Shown here: positions 61,223 through 64,000 of the stretch, in pieces
Numbering within the stretch: position 1 is the first letter of the stretch
Layout: each line of letters opens with the position of its first letter
Assembly (NCBI GenBank): GCA_038087875.1
Contig: JAXLNO010000385.1
Span: 1,178,001 to 1,242,000 of the forward strand
Length of the DNA: 64,000 nucleotides
Source of the DNA: Malacoraja senta
Taxonomy: Eukaryota
Direction of reading: 5' to 3'
Program-made: the position numbers and the translations under genes
The notes under the pieces: generated by a model
The model's input: the letters and a program-made list of their open reading frames with translations, nothing else
What the model was told of the DNA's origin: nothing
Database searches by the model: none

Positions 61223-61968
61223 AACTCAAACTCGAACTCTATCTTGAACTCCATCTCGATCTCGAACTCGAATGCGAACTTGAACTCGAACTCTATCTTG
61301 AACGCGAACTATCACGAACTCTAACTCTCTCTCGAACTCGAAATCGATCTCGAAATCTATCTCGACCTCGCTCTCGAACTCTCTCTCGAACTCTATCTAA
61401 CTCTCTCTCTAACTAAAACCCGAACTCGAACTCTTATCTCGAACTCGAAATATCTCGAAATCTCTCTCGAACTTGAACTCTATCTCGAACTATCTCGAAC
61501 GCAAACTCGATATCAAACTCGATCTCGAACTTTATCTTTAACTCGAACTCGAACTCTATCTTGAACTCGAACTCTCTCTAGCTAAAACTCGAATTCGAAC
61601 TTAAACTATCTCGACCTCGAACTTTATCTCGAAATCGAAATCTATCTCGAACGAACTCGAAATCTATCTCGAACTCGAATTCGAATTCGATCTCGAACTC
61701 GAGTTGGATTTCGACACGGGCGGAGCACCAAGGCAAACTCCTTGTACGATAAACGTGGCCAATAAACATTTATTCATTCATTCATGCATTCCGTCAACTC
61801 TAACTCTAACTCGAACTCTCTCTCGAACTCAAACTCGAACTCTATCTCGAACTCGATCTCGATATCGAATTCGAATTCGCACTCGAACTCGTACTCTATC
61901 TCGAACACGATCTCGAACTCGAGTTCGTGTTCGAGTACGACTTGCGGGCGGAGCACCAAGGCAAATTC
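60946..61968 (+). repeat. (GAACTC)n core satellite with three cores, the last truncated
   Basis: Cores at ~61080, ~61715 and ~61940. Confidence 0.9.
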
Positions 61969-62560
61969 TTTTTTGAGGCAGCGACTCCGGTAAATCCCTT
62001 CAATGGGGGGGAGGTCACAGCCGGTGATGGACTGGGTAGTTGTCGAACCAGGCCATGATGCAACCAGACAATATGTTCTCCACGTTACGCTTGTAGATGT
62101 TCAAGAGAATCCTCTTTGACACACCGAATCTCCGTAATCTTCTCAGGAAGTAGAGGCGTTGATATGCTTTATTTATAATTGCATCAGTCTGCTGGGTCCA
62201 GGAAAGATCTTCGGAAATATGCACGCCAGGAATTTGAAAATGATCACTCTCTCCACCATAAACGTGATTGTGGAACTTCATTCTTCCTCTTCCAATGTCC
62301 ACAATCAGTTCATTGGTTTTACTGATATTGAGAGCCAGGTTATTGTGCTGGCATCATTTGGCCAATCGGTCGATCTCACTTCTTTCACACTCATCACCAT
62401 CTGTAATGCGCCCAACAATGGTGGTGTTGTCGATGAGCTTGAAGATGGAGTTCGCACTGTGTCCGGCTACACAGTCATGGGTATGGAGTGAGTGGAGCAG
62501 GGGGCTGAGCACGCAGCCTTGAGGTGCTCCCGTATTGATTGTTATTGAGGATGACGTATT
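61969..62560 (-). mobile_element. Diverged Rex1/Babar-like RT fragment
   Basis: ORF 62015-62302 reads GVHISEDLSWTQQTDAIINKAYQRLYFLRRLRRFG. Homologous to ~32980-33610. Confidence 0.85.
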
Positions 62561-62727
62561 TCTACCTTCTTCTTGTTAGTGAAGCATGAACCTTTGAAGC
62601 AACAAACACCCACGGCGAGGTAAGTGGGTGTTTGTTCGAAGTCCAAGCGCCTGTTGTTAACGAAGACAGCTAGCTCTCGCTTAGCTTCATTGTTGTGTAG
62701 ATGGAATGCTGTTCACACAGTTTTGCC

Positions 62728-64000
62728 TTCAGATTCAGATTCAGATTCAGATTCAACTTTATTGTCATTGTGCAGTGTACAGTACAGAGACAACGAAATG
62801 CGGTTAGCATCTCCCTAGAAGAGCGACATAAGTATGAGCAATAAATAAATCTAATAAATCCTCGTGGGAGGAGTGTCCGGCGGGGGGCTGGGAGTGACTG
62901 GCAATCACCGAGGTACAGTGTTGAGTAGTGTAACAGCCGCAGGGAAGAAGCTGTTCCTGAACCTGCTGGTCCGGCAACGGAGGGACCTGTAGCGCCTCCC
63001 GGATGGGAGGAGGGTAAACAGTCTGTGGTTGGGGTGAGAGTAGTCCATGACGATGCTGCGCGCCCTTCGCAGACATCGCTTGCTTTGGACAGACTCAATG
63101 GAGGGGAGTGAGGAACCAGTGATACGTTGGGCAATTTTCACCACCCTCTGCAGTGCTTTCCGGTCGGAGACAGAGCAGTTGCCATACCATACTGTGGTAC
63201 AGTTGGTAAGGATGCTCTCGATGGTGCAGCGGTAGAAGTTCACCAGAATCTGAGGAGACAGATGAACCTTCTTTAGTCTCCTCAGGAAGAAGAGACGCTG
63301 GTGAGCCTTCTTGACCAGAGTTGAGGTATTGTGGGTCCAAGAGAGGTCATCGGAGATGTTGACCCCCAGGAACCTGAAGCTGGAAACGCGTTCCACCTCC
63401 GTCCCGTTAATGTGGATGGGGGTGTGCGTGCCGCCCCTAGACTTCCTGAAGTCCACAATGAGCTCCTTGGTCGTCTTGGAGTTAAGGGCCAGGTTGTTGA
63501 CAGCGCACCATGCTGCTAGGAGCTGGACCTCCTCCCTATAGGCCGACTCATCGTTGTTACTGATGAGGCCAATCACTGTTGTATCATCTGCATACTTGAT
63601 GACGGTGTTAGTACCATGTACAGGTGTGCAGTCATAGGTGAAGAGGGAGTAGAGGAGGGGGCTCAGCACACAGCCCTGTGGAACGCCGGTGTTCAGGGTG
63701 AGGGTTGAAGAGGTGTGCTTGTCTAACCCAACAGACTGGGGTCTGTTGGTTAAAAAGTCCAGTATCCAGTTGCAGAGGGAGGGGTCGATGCCCAGGTCAC
63801 CGAGTTTGGTGATCAGTTTAGAGGGTATGATGGTGTTGAATGCTGAACTGTAATCGATGAACAGCATTCTTACGTAAGTGTCTCTGTTGTCGAGGTGGGA
63901 GAGGGCGGAGTGAAGTGCCGTTGAGATGGCATCCTCCGTACTACTGTTCTTGCGGTAGGCAAACTGATAGGGATCCAATGTGGGGGGTATGCAGCCTTTG
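62728..64000 (-). mobile_element. Rex1/Babar-like LINE with an uninterrupted RT frame, 3' UTR and (TCTGAA)n tail, continuing past the window end
   Basis: The 357 aa ORF 62905-63978 has [30 protein letters not shown] and YADDTT. The 3' end reads CATTTCGTTGTC...ATGACAATAAA followed by (TCTGAA)n. Confidence 0.92.

Overview
Eukaryotic, repeat-only window with no supportable host gene. The mix of HE1/V-SINE-like fragments, HER1/CR1-type LINEs, Rex1/Babar LINEs, L1 elements and a Penelope-like fragment suggests a cartilaginous fish such as a skate or ray (inference from recall, not a database search). Main components: (1) a CpG-rich satellite of degenerate (GAACTC)n hexamers, punctuated roughly 45 times by a conserved ~55-60 bp core (GCGGGCGGAGCACCAAGGCAAATTCCTTGTATGTGAATACTTGGCCAATAAA) followed by (TTCA)n, which looks like a LINE 3' terminus; (2) a ~2.4 kb GA/CT-rich composite tandem repeat built from CR1, SINE and Penelope-end fragments; (3) nested retroelements, namely L1 inside Rex1, CR1 inside a near full-length L1, and a decayed Gypsy element carrying a second Gypsy fragment, a 16-bp-periodic insert and a Penelope fragment; (4) tandem duplications of ~8.8 kb and ~6.3 kb, and an orientation flip of both repeat families across a 200-N assembly gap. 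Most ORFs in the supplied track (ELEL/NSNS/RTRT/SLSL/ERER) are microsatellite artefacts. Coordinates were read by eye and may be off by a few bases.
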